Shown: positions 62,821 to 64,000 of the stretch, piece by piece | How the letters are laid out: each line of letters opens with the position of its first letter | Numbering within the stretch: the first letter of the stretch is position 1 | Assembly (NCBI GenBank): GCA_963847445.1 | Contig: CAWJZV010000011.1 | Coordinates: forward strand, 1-64,000 | Direction of reading: 5' to 3' | Length of the DNA: 64,000 bases | Source: an uncultured delta proteobacterium | GTDB taxonomy: Bacteria > Desulfobacterota > Binatia > UBA9968 | The notes under the pieces: generated by a model | What the model was told of the DNA's origin: nothing | The model's database searches: none | The model's input: the letters and a program-made list of their open reading frames with translations, nothing else | Made by a program: the position numbers and the translations under genes

Positions 62821-64000
62821 TTACCAGTTGAACGGGTTGAGAATCTTGCTCGCCTTCTCGATATCCTGCTGAATCTGTCCGAATGCGCTCACTGGGGTAT
62901 CGTCTTGCCCCGTCCCAGGAGTTCTCGCGGTGGCTGGCCTTTGGCCCGGCACTGGGGCTTGCGTCTGTACCGGTCCCTTCACCAGCGATCTGGAGGGGTT
63001 TTCTTGCTTGGGCTCGCTAGCCGGAGAAGCAGCACTGCTTGGCACCGGTTCAGCGTTGGTGCGCGGCTGGGTTTCGCTCGGACTCAAATACAACGGCCCT
63101 TTTTCCAGCGCGAGCTTGGGTTCCAATTCGACGGTCTTGGGTTGTGGCTTGGCAACGGTGGCTTCCTTCACCTGCGCCGGGGATGGCGCAGCTTCAAACT
63201 TTGCCGGTTCGACCCCCTTAGCACGCAACTTCTGATCGATGCTGCTTAAAACCTCATTAACTGGAGCGCTTGGGGTTTTCTGATTTGCCGCGGCGGCTTG
63301 AGCCACCGCAGCTTGCACGATCGCGCTGTCGTTGAATGCTGCGGCCGCTGCCGGTGCATTCGGCGTTTGGTTGGGATTTGTCCCGCTCTTTTGCAGATTG
63401 GCGTCGATGGAACCCAGGAGCGCGCGGGTATCGGTTGGCGGTGGCACCGCGGCATCCGGTTTGGGCAGATCCGCGGCTGGCGCTTTCAGCGTTGCCTGGC
63501 GCGACTGGCTGTCGATGCCCTTTTGTTGCAACGACTGATCGACACTGGCGATCAGACCACTGGGTTTGGGATCGTTCTTCTTGACTGGTTCTTTGGCGTC
63601 TTTGCTACCGAACGGCGAAAGCGAAGTAAGAATGCCGCTGGATTCTTGTTTTGGCGCGTCGCCTTTCTTGGTGAGCAGTTCTTCCGCGGTCTTGGGCTTT
63701 TGATCGCTCGATGATGAGAACGGATTGAGCTTCTCGGTGACGCGGCGGAAAAAACTTTTTTCCGCGCCGGGCTCTTCATGGACTACTTCGTTCTTGGCCA
63801 CCAAGTTGAGATCCTTGAGCTTGGCCAGCGCCGGGTCTTCCTTCACCTCAGGCGCGGGAGCGGCACCGGGGCGGCGGTCGCGCATCAACAAAAGATCCAA
63901 TGGATCGCGTTTTTCTTTCTCGACCAGGGCTAACTGAGTGCGCGCATCGGCGGCGTACTTACTCTGCGGATAGCGCTGGATCAGCGCTTCATAGGCGAGC
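62821..64000 (-). CDS. 3' part of a TPR/BamD-like protein with long low-complexity C-terminal extension (start outside window)
   Basis: Open frame to the window edge reading LAYEALIQRYPQSKYA, typical of BamD/YbgF TPR ends; followed by ~350 aa rich in P/A/K/Q. Confidence 0.6.
   Translation of the reverse strand, partial: LAYEALIQRYPQSKYAADARTQLALVEKEKRDPLDLLLMRDRRPGAAPAPEVKEDPALAKLKDLNLVAKNEVVHEEPGAEKSFFRRVTEKLNPFSSSSDQKPKTAEELLTKKGDAPKQESSGILTSLSPFGSKDAKEPVKKNDPKPSGLIASVDQSLQQKGIDSQSRQATLKAPAADLPKPDAAVPPPTDTRALLGSIDANLQKSGTNPNQTPNAPAAAAAFNDSAIVQAAVAQAAAANQKTPSAPVNEVLSSIDQKLRAKGVEPAKFEAAPSPAQVKEATVAKPQPKTVELEPKLALEKGPLYLSPSETQPRTNAEPVPSSAASPASEPKQENPSRSLVKGPVQTQAPVPGQRPATARTPGTGQDDTPVSAFGQIQQDIEKASKILNPFNW

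Overview
GC-rich bacterial chromosomal window. The gene content (many NitT/TauT-type ABC binding proteins, M24, VOC, amidohydrolase and UbiD paralogues) resembles Candidatus Binatia or another Deltaproteobacteria-like lineage; this taxonomy is inference. Many genes carry single-base frameshifts that look like long-read indel errors. Housekeeping genes include prmA-rsmE, gshB, tRNA-Phe, nth, lnt, fabI and a BamD-like gene. Catabolic and transport clusters are: LigB/LigA dioxygenase with an SDR; M24-VOC-M24-VOC-SBP-SBP-flavin reductase; divergent UbiD-ABC and LLM-UbiD-molybdenum hydroxylase operons; and an RND efflux operon. The most unusual signal is in the non-coding DNA. (i) An ORF-less group II intron (108-848) lost its RT by internal deletion and sits exactly inside a dispersed GTCATTCCCGC-GCGGGAATC^CAGG hairpin repeat whose end matches the intron's candidate EBS1 loop. 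(ii) A ~23-27 bp 'CCCTGAG..GTCGAAGGG' micro-element is present in some copies of a composite repeat, absent from another, and also lies inside a Mo-hydroxylase coding sequence. (iii) Nested palindromic elements and inverted arrays of 7/8/9-bp microrepeats fill many gene junctions, with no cognate transposase or nuclease in the window. Two M24-fold proteins share a rewired active site (E/Q/H/K/G instead of D/D/H/E/E), suggesting undescribed chemistry.
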